From positions 620,001 through 684,000 of the forward strand of contig JAPETS010000008.1 in NCBI GenBank assembly GCA_026023565.1: a stretch of DNA of 64,000 bases, read 5' to 3'. Below are positions 12,293-25,353 of this stretch, one piece after another; position 1 is the stretch's first letter, and the number at the start of each line of letters is the position of its first letter. Made by a program: the position numbers and the translations under genes. Under the pieces are notes generated by a model. That model made no database searches and was not told the origin of the DNA. It saw nothing but the letters and a program-made list of their open reading frames with translations. Source of the stretch: Cirrosporium novae-zelandiae (taxonomy: Eukaryota).

Positions 12293-13474
12293 ATGCCTGA
12301 GTCAAATTATGCCGCCAGCGAGGAACAGGTCTCGGATTTCGTTACACGGCCAGATGCGCCTGATCCCGAAGCCTATATCGACCCCGACGACGCCAATGAC
12401 GATGCCGATTCGGCTTTTGGAGGTTCCGTCGGGAGTGATGAATATACCGCTTCTCTAACCTCAAGCGTCTTGGATTACAAATACGAAAACGGGCGAAGGT
12501 ACCATGCATATCATGCCGGAGAATATATAATTCCCAATGACGAGTTGGAACAAGAGCGAATGGACCTCCATCACCATATTCATAGGCTCGTTCTCTCCGG
12601 CGCACTCTTCCGGGCTCCTATAAAGTCGGACCCAAATCGGGTCCTAGACATTGGCACTGGGACGGGTATCTGGGCAATTGATTTCGCCGAGTGAGAGAAG
12701 AAACCCCTCCATCATTATAGCCTCCCTTCCTGACGTCGATGGAACAGCGAATTTCCTTCTGCGGTAGTCATCGGCACCGACTTGAGCCCCATCCAGCCTT
12801 CATGGGTTCCTCCAAACTGCATATTCGAAATCGACGACTGCGAATCCGACTGGCCTGATGAATGGGCACGCCAACCCTTTGACTTCATCCACGCGCGTAG
12901 CTTGGCGGGGTCTATCCGCGACCACTCCCGTTTGCTGTCTCAAGCCTTTGACAACCTGGCACCTGGCGGCTGGATGGAGATGCAAGACTTTGAAGTCTGG
13001 ATACACACGGACGATGACACCATCCAAAAGGCTAAATGGATACGACAGTGGCAAGAGCAACTCGAAGAAGCGAGCATCAAGTTTGGCAAGAGGATGAATG
13101 TTGCCTCGGAATACAAAGGCTGGATGATCAAGGCGGGATTTGAAGATGTCACCGACGATATTTACAAGGTCCGGATGGCACCAGTCCATGATATATGTAC
13201 AACGACTCTCCTGCTAACCTTCTACATATAGTGTCCCCTATCCCCCTGGCCGCGTGATCCCAAAATGAAAGAACTCGGCAGGACCGAGCAAGTCGCAATG
13301 CTAGACAGCGTCGAGTCCTACACCCTAGCCCTCTTCACCCGCGTGCTGGGATGGAGCAACGCCGAAACCCAAGTCCTTATAGCCGGAGTTAGGAAGGAAA
13401 TCTTGGATCTATCAATACATATTTATGGAAAGATACATTTTGCATATGGAAGGAAACCTCTCTCGGCGGCATAG
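12293..13474 (+). CDS. SAM-dependent methyltransferase, LaeA-like/TAM family
   Basis: Introns 12691-12747 and 13169-13231. YENGRRYH, PNDELEQERMDLHH, VLDIGTGTGIWA (SAM motif I), GTDLSPIQP, FDFIHAR, C-terminal YGRKP. Confidence 0.92.
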
Positions 13475-14498
13475 AAGTAGTAGTAGAAGAAGAAGAAAAA
13501 GGGAAAGAAAGAAAGAAAGAAATGGGGTTTTGTTGTTGCGATTTTAAGCGTGCGGAATCTTTGAGAGTAATTCGGGTTGGCTAAGAGAGAGAGAGATCTT
13601 TGACGACGGAAACGAAACCAAAAAAAAAAGGAAAAGAAAAGTAAAAATATATATATTCCCCCGTGGGGAGTAAAGGGCCGGAGGGGTGGGGTGAAGGAAT
13701 CGTAGGATAACCTACCTACTTCCCTACCTAACAAAGGCGAAATAATATCCTCCTTCAATTGCATTGAAAAAATTTATTTATTTTTTCTTTTTCTTTTATA
13801 CTGGTGGTTTACATATATATATGTGAATCACTACTGATGCAAAATATAAATATAAGAATCTTCCTCGAATATAGATATAGTACATATATCATGAGCTATT
13901 TTAAGCCGCCTTTGGGGTAATGATAATGATAATAATAATATATGCCTATACCATTTCCTCTCGTACCTAACTAACCCCCCCAGCCCCCCCAAAAAGAGAT
14001 ATACATATCAAACAAGTTTCAAAAAGTAGTAGTACAGTACAATATCTCCATAGTAGCCCTACTACATGCCAGCTAAGCTTTACTTTGATCAGATTTCCCG
14101 GGGTCTAGGGCGGGAGGATGCAAGTCATAATTAATTAATTAATTTAATTGCCCTACTGTACTTATCAAGGTAGGTTTTTATGCTTTGTGTGTAATTACCT
14201 AAGGTGTCAAATTCTAAATTCTATATGTGAGGGAGATAATCTACCCTCTCTTCCCTCTTTCTCTTTCTTGGCTTGGGATGAGGTGATATTTTAAATAGTT
14301 ATGAGCGTGAGAGCATTTGGAGTATAGAGGTCGGGAGCAGAGCGCCTAGGGGGGATAATCGAGAGCCTTCCGTGGTGGAAATGTCGAAACGACTTTCAAT
14401 ATTCAGTAGAGCGATCGGTAGAACTAAAGGTCGTTCACTGCAGGGAAAAGGCTGGTGGGAGAAGAAGCAAAAAAAAAGTTCATGTAGGTAACCTTTTA

Positions 14499-15897
14499 TT
14501 ATTCTAATTCGATCTCCTCCTCCCCCCTCATCTCCCTCCACCACCTTGTCTGTCTCCCCAGCTCGCCGTCAGCACCACCAGTAACAGCGCGCCATTTTTT
14601 CAGGAACCACGGTTCCGCCTCCCAGCTATGTATATCCCACGGCACGCCCTCACCCGCGGGAGGACTCTCCTTCCTAGAGGGAGAACACCCGCCCCAGCAG
14701 ATCAACCCGCCAGCGAGGACATCCCAGAAAAACTGGTCCTCGTCAAATGCAGCGGGGTTCGTCGATGCTAATGAGATTGCGCGGTGTCGCAACTCTGGGA
14801 ATGGGAGGATGTCGAGGTATGGATGGTGGCTGATTGTGATTTGGACGGGGAGGGGTCGCAGATCGGGTTTTATGCTTTGGAATGTTTTGCGGACGGCAGT
14901 GATGATTTTTTCGGTCGGGGGCGTGTCTTTGAGGTTGGAGCGGTAGAATGGGGATTCTGAGTCGTCGGTGCAGAGCTCGGTTTTTGTTAGGCCGATGTGG
15001 AAGGCGTTGGATTCGTAGGCTGAGATTAGGGCGATGGTATTGATGCGGAGGTGGTTTATATAGGGGTCGGGGAGACGGCGGGGTCCGTAATGGCTGGTGA
15101 CGGCGTGATTGGCTTGATGCGGGGGGTTCTGGGGATCTATTAATTTTAAAGAGTCTCCTATAGGAGAGTTGTTATCATCGTAGTTTGATGAAGGGATATT
15201 TATATCAAGGCCGGTGTCTGGTCGCCAGGACTGATCCGAGGTGAAGGTTATGGTGGTCGAAGTCTCTGGAGTTGTAGATGTGAGAGGGGTAACATCCAGT
15301 TGGGAAGTAATATTGAAAATTGTAGCATCGAGTGTTTCAATATCGACTAGCCACATATTTGGGTCTAAGTTCTCCTCGTTCCAGTCAAGGATCGAGGAAG
15401 TTGATAATAAAGGCGTATGGCTCGCGCCAGCCACATTCGAGTCAGAATATGACAAAAGGCTTCCAGGAGTCACCCATCCTTCCGGGTCTGAGGGTGCGGA
15501 TGCTGCAGCCTGGCCTTCTTGTCCGTTAGTATATCTCGAGCTAGCTGTATCATGTTCCTTGGTAGTTTGTTCGTTTATCAACTTAGAAGTAGATGGCTCG
15601 TCTCCCTTCTCAAGAATGGATTGTGGTTGAGATGCTGAAGAAGATTCGACGCTCGTATTAGACGCAACTAAATCCTCGAGCAGCTTCAATCGACGTTTTT
15701 GCTTCTCTCCTACGCATCTCTGGTGAGCGGATACTTTCGACGACGCGATCTGATGGGACCGCTACACAAGCAGTGAGCATCATGGAAGACCAACGGTAGT
15801 GCTTCTGGGCAAGGCGATTCTGCATCTTCCTTCTTTCCGAGTTTGGTCTGCGTGCAGGACGAGACTTTTTCGAGCTTGGTTCTTGGATAGAATCCAT
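14499..15897 (-). CDS. bZIP-like transcription factor with DUF3425 C-terminal domain
   Basis: Basic region ERRKMQNRLAQKHYR|EKQKRRLKLLE across intron 15710-15794. C-terminal DLRPLPVQITISHHPYLDILPFPELR and PWDIHSWEAEPWFLKKW...TRWWR. Confidence 0.9.
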
Positions 15898-16257
15898 GAT
15901 TAGATGTTGGTCTTCAATTCTAATTCTGAAGGGTCGAACTTGGCTGTTGGCTGTTGCCTGTGTTTGGAAGATGAAGTCTCGGGAGATGAGAACAAAATGT
16001 CGGAAAAGTTCGGTAAACATCCGTTGGAACGCCAAGAGGAGGACCTTTTCCGGTTTTATCTCTACTACAGACATTCATATTCATACATCTGCCAAATACA
16101 CAGTTAGCTATACTATCATTAAATGTTGGAGCCCAGCGTTGATTTTGATTATCGAGAAAAAGAAATCCTAAGACTCTTTTTATTCTTTTCATTGTCTACA
16201 AATGCATGATTCTTTTGTCATGGCTTTCTCTGACTGAGGTGAGCCTCATGTCTGAAT

Positions 16258-16331
16258 GATGAGCTCAGCATGTCGGTACTATATATTCTTCAATGATAAT
16301 GTCAGCACATTTCTCTACGATAATGTCAGCA
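16258..16331. promoter_or_regulatory. Three copies of a 13-bp element GATRAKSTCAGCA (candidate bZIP sites)
   Basis: GATGAGCTCAGCA 16258-16270; GATAATGTCAGCA at 16295-16307 and 16319-16331; TATA-like TATAAAA about 40 bp downstream. Confidence 0.55.
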
Positions 16332-16523
16332 TATAGGGGTCAAGGAAACAGAGACAAGATGAGAAAATATTATAAAAGCGTTGTCAACTGCTTGCAATGT
16401 ATAGGAAATAAACATTCACACTTATCCAATTATCTCTTCTACAAACCAAGCAGCGACATCAATACTTGATACCCTCTTGATAAATCAAACTGCACCGACC
16501 GTGAACAGAAATCTCGAACCAAA

Positions 16524-17465
16524 ATGACCAACACCATCTTCATTACCGGCGCCTCTTCGGGTGTTGGCCTAGCATCCGCCAAACTATTCTACAAGAATGG
16601 TTGGAATGTCGTTGCGACCATGCGTTCCCCAGACAAAGCCACTGAACTCAAAGAATTCGATACAAGTCGAATGCTCGTCCAACGTCTTGATCTCCAGGAT
16701 AAAGAGACCATTGCACCAGCCATCAATGCTGCCCTGAGCAAGTTTACCAAAGTTGATGTGCTTCTGAACAATGCAGGCTACGGCCAGTATGGGGTTTTCG
16801 AAATGTTACCCCCTGAGAGGATTCAAGAGCAGTTTGATGTAAACCTTTTCGGTAAGTAAAAATACCCAAATCCCCCTTTTCTCCAAAACACAATACTTGC
16901 TTGACACCCTCAATCTGTCTTTAAAACACATACGCTGAGAACGCGACACGCAGGCCACATGAACGTAATTAGAGGCATGCTCCCCCACTTCCGCGCCAAC
17001 AACAACAACAGCGGCATCATCAACGTCAGCTCCGGCGTCGGCCTCTTCGCCGTACCCCTATCATGCCTCTACGCCGCCAGCAAGTTCGCCCTGGAAGGAT
17101 TCTCTGAGGCCCTCTCCTATGAACTAGCCACCCAAAACATCTTCGTCAAAAACGTCATCCCGCATGGCGGCATCTCATCCACCAATTTCCTGCAATCGTC
17201 ACTGGCAAAGGCCTCGCTGGACCCTGCACTGTTCCCTAGCTACGGAGACCTCATCTCGAAAATGATGAAGACATTTGAGGGGATGGCGGCGGCCGCGTCT
17301 ATCTCCTCTGATGATGTGGCGGGGGTAATCTATGAGGCTGCAACGGACGGGTCGAATAGATTTCGGTATTTGGTCGGAAATGATGAGTCTGGGTTTATTA
17401 AGGCCAGGTACGAATCCACAACGGACGAGGAGTACATGTCGCGGATGCGCGCTACCTTTCAATAA
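16524..17465 (+). CDS. Short-chain dehydrogenase/reductase (classical SDR)
   Basis: ITGASSGVG, NNAGYG, INVSS, YAASK; intron 16852-16953. Confidence 0.95.
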
Positions 17466-18363
17466 AGATAGATGAGCCGTTGTACCAGATTTAGATTTGT
17501 ATATAGCTGCATTGTTGCTGGGGTGATACTCACAGATATTTGACATCTACCCCCTCGAAACTAGCATACCTATCAGCCATCTCTCACCTACCTAAAACAA
17601 AAGCATAAACTTCGATCCAAAACCCATCTTAACTAATTGACAGTTTCTAAGTACATCCTACCATCTACCACCTTCCAAACACCCACAAACATTCCCCCTA
17701 AATACCTAGATATATATTATTCAAAAAAAAAAATCCCAACAAGACCCAACACCATTCCACCCCCTCACAAACACAAAGATATTCTAAATACCCAGTCCTT
17801 TACCCATTACCCCATTCACCAAGAGAAAGAAAAATGAATAAATAAACCTATCAATAATCCCAATTTAATGTAATTAGAGGATTATCTAAAATGGTGATGA
17901 CGTAGGCTATTGTAGTTATAATTATTGGAGGTTAGATAGATAGATGAGATTAGATACCTACTTTGGACGGGTAGGAATAAAAACGAACCCAAAAAGTAAA
18001 CCTGGAGAAATTTTCTATATATTCGCAATTAATCTTTTGTCAACCAAGGACTTTGGGATTCGCATTCGGATGGCTATTAAAGCGTCAAGTAATGGGAGTG
18101 GGTGAGGGAGAAGAAAAAAAAAGGAAATGTTTATAAGGGATATTGCTTGATTTTTATATGATAGGAGTATAGGACTATAAAGTTAGACCATACGCGAAAT
18201 CCAAGACCTTTTTGTTTCATTAAAGTCAAAAATAAAAGGATCGTGTTCATTTTTCGTAACCATAGCCATAACACTTTTATCATTTTCAGTGATTTCATGT
18301 AGGACAATGATATCCTGTCGCTCTTTCATGCACTGCTCGCCTCTACGCTCTTCATTCACATTT

Positions 18364-19862
18364 CTACAGCTCCTCCTTCTCCTCGACTAAATCGCCAAGC
18401 CTTTCCTTTAGATCCTCGACGGTTAATTCACCACCATCATATACGTCAGCGAATCCATTAACATGTCTAGGAGGGATTAAAACGTTGGAGACAACTTGAA
18501 TGACGCCGTCGCGAGCAATTCCATCTTCGATGGTTACTTCGGTGAAGCCGTTGATGTGGATACCGATCAGGCGGCCGAAACGAGTGATGTCGATGCTGAG
18601 TGGGCGATCGTCCAAGAGGGTCGGGAGGTCGATCTATTTGGAATGATTAGTTGGTGAAAGCGGGAGAGTAAAGTAATGCATACATGAAATTTGCCCTTAG
18701 GGATATTTTTTGACTCTTCGTCGGACGACTTAGGTGCATAGTAGGCATCGGAGTAAAGGGTGTGATTTGCGACAACGTGATATTTCAGGAGAGCCTTGAG
18801 ATACTTTAGGCCATAGCTGGAAAATAGGAATGCATTGATCCTGGGACCGAGCTTCTGGAAGGCAGAATTCGATGGTGCAAAGATTGTGCCGCCTTCGTGA
18901 GTGGAAGAATCGTTTATGGCCTTAAAAAGACCAGTCTTGGTAAGACCAAGCTCCAAGGTACTGAATTTGCCTGGGAGAAGATTTATGATTTGGGCGGCCT
19001 TTGGTGGAGGAATGAGAATACTATCAACACCGTGTATGACACCATTTGTACCGAACTAGAACATATTAGTATGCGCCGTATTATGTTTGAGGGAGCTGGG
19101 TTGACCAACAATGTTAACAGCAATGACGCGGCTATAGAAGTTGACGGTCAGACCTCTAAAACCAATGTTGGTGCTCAGTCTTTGCGACTCTCCGCCAAGT
19201 AGATCGCTTTTGAGAAGAGTAGGGATAGTGTGGCTAACTAGGATACGGCCAGCTGGGTAGAAATCGGATGACACATGGTATGTGAGAACCTTTTTCAAAA
19301 TCTCCTTGGATGGCTTAGGGGCGTGTGGAGGTATCTTTTCAAACGCACGGTCCGTGGGAGCAAAGACCGTGTAATTGGCCAAAGTTCCGTTCAGCAACTC
19401 AACGAGGTCATCGAATTCGTTGACCAATTTGGCGAGTTTAGTGGTATACTTGCTTGAAGCAATAAGTTGATACACTGTCATGTTTGGCTTGTGGGAGTGG
19501 CCATGTTTGCCATGATGGCCATGGTGTTCCTCAAAGCTTTCAATATTGTCTGCGGCAGTATCTATCCAAGACTTGGTATCGAAAGCCCCTTCGAACGTAT
19601 CTTCGAAAGTGTCGGAAACAGTTTTATCTGCTTCGCTCGCATATTTCATAACATCGTCAAAGTCATTCTTCGCAGACTCATAAGCCTCATTCATGTAGTC
19701 GGTAAACTCATCGAAGATATTATCCGCATTAGGAAGCTTGTTTAGCAATCTTTGGGATGTAGGCTGTCGTGGCTCTACAGCCAAGTTATTCATCAACACA
19801 TCGTCGGGAATGACAAAGGCACTGGCGTAGGTTGCCAATGGTAAAAGATATGTGATTCTCAT
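18364..19862 (-). CDS. Secreted fasciclin (two FAS1 domains) protein
   Basis: Signal peptide MRITYLLPLATYASA; YTVFAPTDRAF and GTIFAPSNSAF, LTYHV/LKYHV, DGVIQVVSNVLIP; introns 19056-19109 and 18634-18683. Confidence 0.92.
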
Positions 19863-21403
19863 AATGGAGATGAGACAATATCCTGGAGATGTTAAGAGAT
19901 TCGGCCCAAGCAATGAAGGGCTAGATGTTGCAATCAATCTTAAATGACGTAGACAAATAAAGAATAAAGAAATAAATTAGGTAGATACCAAATCCTCATC
20001 TAGGTATTCTCGACTATGAGAGAAGAAAGAAATGGGGTTAACAGCTTCTTAAAGGAATCGGATGTCTTACGAAGTCATCATTAGTGTTTTATGATTGTGA
20101 AACTCTCAGTAATATTGCGTGGAATTCTGGAGCCTGAAGACTGGATGCAGGAACATCCGGGGGGAACATTGGTACTCCAAAGCTCGAAGCATCATAGATT
20201 CATAGGCATAGGACAGCCACATAGCCAACGATTCGTTTTTTTGATGTCATCATGCTCGTATTAATATTTGTTAGGCATTGAGCTTGTTGGCATTGTGGCA
20301 CTAAACGCTTAGTCCAGAGAATCCTAACAGGATGAAGAGAAGAGAGGATGCGCGGAGACCAAGGAGCATCCTAAGAACATCACATTACACTTAACCATTA
20401 GAGGGATAGTCCCGGAGATCCGGATACTATTATCTCCGACATAATCAATTACACCGGAACAACAATCTTCCATTAATAGTAGTCTACTACAAGTAGATAT
20501 CTTCAAGACTTTTCTTCTCAAATAGTGTAATCTATCAGCATCGTTTGTTACTACATGCAGACATAAAGCATTATCAACCTGATTTCTCTAGCTTTCGCTC
20601 AATTGACAGTTTTTTCGACTACTAGGATGCCTAAAAACAAAACAAATATGCTACTAGACATAATCCCCCTTAGACTATACAGAAAAACATATGATGGCAT
20701 GTAAGCGTTGATACTTGGATGATGGATTTGTTCGGAGAAGTAAGTTGAGAGTACGCATTCAGACTGAATTTAAGAGACTTCTTCTATAGTGATTAAATGG
20801 GTTCAGCCATGTGTAATCGGTGAGTGGTGGTTTCTTAATTAAGGTAGAAACGTGTGGCAAATGGAGCATTCCTCAGTTGAAGATTCCAAATAAACAAACC
20901 AAACCATACAAACCATACAACAACCCATTCCAAAGTTACAGATTTGAATCTTCTCTCCACTCTTTAACTAGCCGTTGATTAATTTGTTTATTCTTTTGCT
21001 CATATTCATTTGGACTGAATTCAACTTCGCGATACGTCGTGGAGAAGATATCCAATCGCTCTTGTCTTGCTCTCTTCTTAGAAACACCATTGCCATCCGT
21101 TGCAGCCACCTCCCCGTCGCAGAAGAGTTTTCGTCTAGTTCTAGCGTAAACAAGAAGAAGGAACCATTGTGGCCTCTCCCCAGAAAATGTCACACGAGTC
21201 CTAACGTTAATCCACCTTTGTGCTCACCAATTATCCTCCCCATTCCCTAGGTGTCCCCTTCTTTCGATTACCAGACTTAAGCCTGAATTTGCTTGCCCTT
21301 AGTTGGCTTCCGTTAATGTCCTGAAAAGCAACGAGTCGTAGTCCGTACAACGTCCAGTGACTGAACTCATCGAGGTGAAATCTTCCGCTAGGGCTTCCCG
21401 ACA

Positions 21404-24400
21404 ATGGATCGGCGGAATATCCGCCAAGTAGGGCGCCGACCATTTGTCGATGTCTCAAGCAGGTTCAACAAATATCAATCTCCGCCACCACGTTGTTCTA
21501 ATCCAACACCTCCAATTCCATCATCTTCACCAAAAATGTCTCATCACGAGTCCCTTAAACCTGGTGGTGATTTAAGAGCACGCAACAACTATGATCCTCC
21601 TGGCCCAGTCGCTGAGAACAAGCGCGTCTCTGCTATTGTGAAAGAAACTCGGACAGAAGGCTCACGACCAATCTCTCAGATTTCAACTGTGTCCTCAGCC
21701 TCGGGAAGGTCTAGGAAAAGGAAGCAATTCATCGGACCATGGCAGCTAGGAAAAAGTCTTGGAGAAGGCTTGACCTCAAAAGTGAGACTTGGAAGACATG
21801 CTCTCACCCAACAAACAGCTGCAATCAAGATCATTTCCAAAAAGTCGCCTGCAGTGACATCTAGTAAGAGCTTCGCAAATATGGATATACTACTGGCGAG
21901 CGCTAGTAGCCCCCGTTCGATGCCATTTGGACTGGAGAGAGAAATTATCATAATGAAGTTGATAAATCACCCAAGCATCATCAACTTGTATGATATCTGG
22001 GAGAATCGGGGTGAACTGTAAGTAGATTTGGATAGCCATGCTACTTTGACTAACTTGCTGCGCAGATACCTCATCTTGGAGTATGTAGAGGGTGGCGAGC
22101 TATTCTCGTACATATCGAAGGAATGTGTTCTCGACGAATCTGAAGCAGCGCGTATTTTTCGCCAAATCGTTTCCGGAGTTGGCTATTGTCATCATTTCAA
22201 CATCTGCCATCGGGATCTTAAGCCGGAGAATATTCTCCTTGATCGTGATCTGAATGTTAAGCTTGCGGACTTTGGTATGGCAGCCCTTCAAACTGCTGAC
22301 CAGCTGCTTCAAACGCCTTGTGGTAGTCCCCATTATGCTGCTCCTGAGGTGGTTTGTGGTATGAGATATCGAGGGGATAGAGCTGATGTATGGAGTTGCG
22401 GCGTTATCCTCTACGCGTTGTTGACGGGGGGGCTCCCTTTCGACGGCGATAGTATCGAAGAAACCCTCGAGCTTGTAAGGTCAGCAAAGTACTTCATGCC
22501 TACCGATATTACCCGTGATGCTCAAGATTTGATCTGGCGGATTCTGCAGCCACACCCAGAGGCGAGACTCACAATGAAGCAGATAGCGGAACATCCTTGG
22601 CTCAAGAGGCATGAAGCAAGGCACGTTGGCATCGACTGGATTGAATTGCCGGAGCCACAATCTTTTGATGACTGTAGACGTCCGGTCCAACGTCGGGAGG
22701 ACATAGACAATGAACTATTGAGGAATCTGAAGATTTTGTATATCACAGAGACTGAAGAAAAGCTTGTTGAGAAATTATTAGATGAAGAGTAAGTTAATAA
22801 TGGGTGTCAAGTTGGTGGGCGCCGAGATTAATTGCTAATAACTATCTCAGACCTAATGCGGCAAAGGGATTCTATCATGCGCTGATGAAATTCCGGGAAT
22901 CACAACTTGAAAATTACCAAGGGCCTACCTTACTTGAATACTCTACGAGCGATTATCATCATGTTCCTGCGGCAACGATAGCTAGACCATCCAGCCGTCA
23001 ATCACAAACATCAACCCGGAGCCACCAGTGTCGAGCGTCGCAATTTTCAATACGGAGTGTAGATAAAGGAAGGAATAGTCATACTCTCCTGCGGGAACCA
23101 AGTATCGCAGAGACGGTAGGCAGTTATGATCCGTTCCGCTCGTCAAGAAATCCTATGATATATACGGCGAGTGATCATGCTAAAGTGACCGTTCGTCGTT
23201 GTACATCTAATGGTTCCCGGGCCCGTGCAAATAGCCATATTCCCAGCCTACGCCATCCCGCAGTAAACAGACTTAAAACGCAAGAAGTCGTGCCTTTTGG
23301 TAGTTCTCCTCCATTAGCTTATAGTTCAGATGAGTCTTATGGATTCTCGACAAGAAGTCACTTTTCTCGAAGCTCGTTCACAACCGCTGCCCGAAGAGAA
23401 AGTAGCCCACCTAATATTCGTGCATCGAACAGTTACAAGCGTGGCGTGAGTTTCACGCATATTAGAAAACGATCCGAAGATGCAAGAGAAGCGGCACAAT
23501 TCTCACGTGTCAAGAGACAAGTCAATGACCCATTTATGCAAGATCCCGCACGTCCGCCATCTCGCGGAAGACAGCTGTGGGAGACAAACTCAGAGAATAC
23601 TGTAATTACCCATCAACAGATTATGAGTAGCCCTACGCTTTCAAAATCACCCGCTGTATATGGAGAACCACAACCTGCAATAAATATCAGGAAAAATAGG
23701 CCTAGCCATTGCTGGAAGGAAGAAACCAGAAAAGTCAGTTCGGAAATGGAAAAGATCTGTGACGAAGCGTTCAATCGGTCTTCTATTGCTACTACTGTCG
23801 AAGGAACATCAAGTATAAAGCCCGATGATATCTATGAATCTCCTTCAACATCATTATCAACTAGAGACAATTCTGGCTCGAGCACCATGGATCCACCGCC
23901 AATACCATCAGCACCTTCCTGGAAGAACCGGCCTTTACCAAAGCCCCCCGCAGAATCATTAGGCATCTGTACACGTAAAGAGCTCATAGAACTTCGGAAA
24001 CGCATGGCTCAAGACAAGGATAACCAATATTTGGATACAATTCTAAATCAGCTTGATAGCCTCATTGAAAAAAGTCAAGCTCGTATGGATGTGGAGAGGA
24101 GAGCTGTATCAGCACCAGAACCTAGTTATATTGAGCGCTCTGGTCAGCTTCCTGCTATTTCCGAGGAGGAACGCCAATTTAGTTTTGGTAGCGATACAAG
24201 AGGCACTAGAACCTCGGCGCCTTTACCAAGTTTGCTGGGAACTAGCATCAACCAGAATCCATCTTGGGGACGAGAAACAATACGCATGGTGCAGCCTTCT
24301 GATACCTCAAAATCATTTTTTCCGATGGAGCCTCTAAAAATACGTAAGAAACCTTCACACTCTGCTATGCTAGAGCTATCACAAGAGGACATCGCCGAGA

Positions 24401-25353
24401 CTTGGTGTGCACTTCCACCACTCCCTGATCCAAGAGATACAGTTCTTGAACCTATTCAAGAAGAGGCGGCAATTCCCGTAACGCCTACCAAGGAGACGAG
24501 GAAACGAAGCTGGTTTAGGCGAAAGACACAAACCTCTGTTGAAGAGGAAGAGAGTACTCTAGACAAAGATGTCTCGATGGGCTCAAGCAAGTTTAAAGTT
24601 ACTAAGAGGAGATCATCAACACAACTCGGGGACGTTTCTGCAGTAAGCTTGGAGAAGAGAAAGAGTACATTTGCTGGAGGGTTGAAGAAGCTCTTCGGAA
24701 AGCGCTTACCTAAGGAGAAGAAAGTCTCCGATCTTGCCATAGGGGGTCGGTCTTTTACATCCCAGTTTTCTAATCAATCACTAACTTCTGCCTCAGCCAA
24801 TAGCATGGATGATTTGTCTCTCTCGCTATCGGCAGCCGATTCGCTGGACCCATTGTCGACGCCTGACTATTTACGTCCAGTCCAACATGAACAGAACTGG
24901 TTTACTCGAATCCTCCACATTAAACCAGCTTCTAAGGTATTTTGCTTCTGCGTGAGCAAGACTCGAGCGAGGAAAGAGATAATTCGGGTCTTGAAGCGCT
25001 GGAGGCAATATGGTATGAAGGATATATATTTCGACAAGGAGAGGAGTATCATCTTTGGCCGTGTGGATCAGTCTAACTGTAAGTACCGTTGTATTTACAT
25101 TCAAGAAAAGCCGCTAATTATTCCACTAGATCTGCAAATGAAGCCAGTCAGCTTTGCTGCCGAATTATTCACCGTTCTCAAGGATGGTCGTCCCGCTAAA
25201 CAACTCAGCATGGTCCGATTCTGTCAGGAAAAAGGTGCAGCTTCATCCTTCCATAAAGTTGTCGATACACTGCAAAATGTGTTGGTGGCGCAAGGGATTT
25301 TAGTTGAAGATGTAAAGAAAGCCAAAGAGATGGAGGAGTTACTCGTTGGTTAG
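21404..25353 (+). CDS. gin4: Ser/Thr kinase of the Nim1/Gin4/Hsl1 (CAMKL) family with C-terminal KA1-like domain
   Basis: IGPWQLGKSLGEG, AAIK, HRDLKPEN, DFG, CGSPHYAAPE; C-terminal QNWF..LHIKPA and EKGAASSFHKV. Introns 22018-22065, ~22789-22850, 24746-24796, 25079-25129. Confidence 0.88.
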
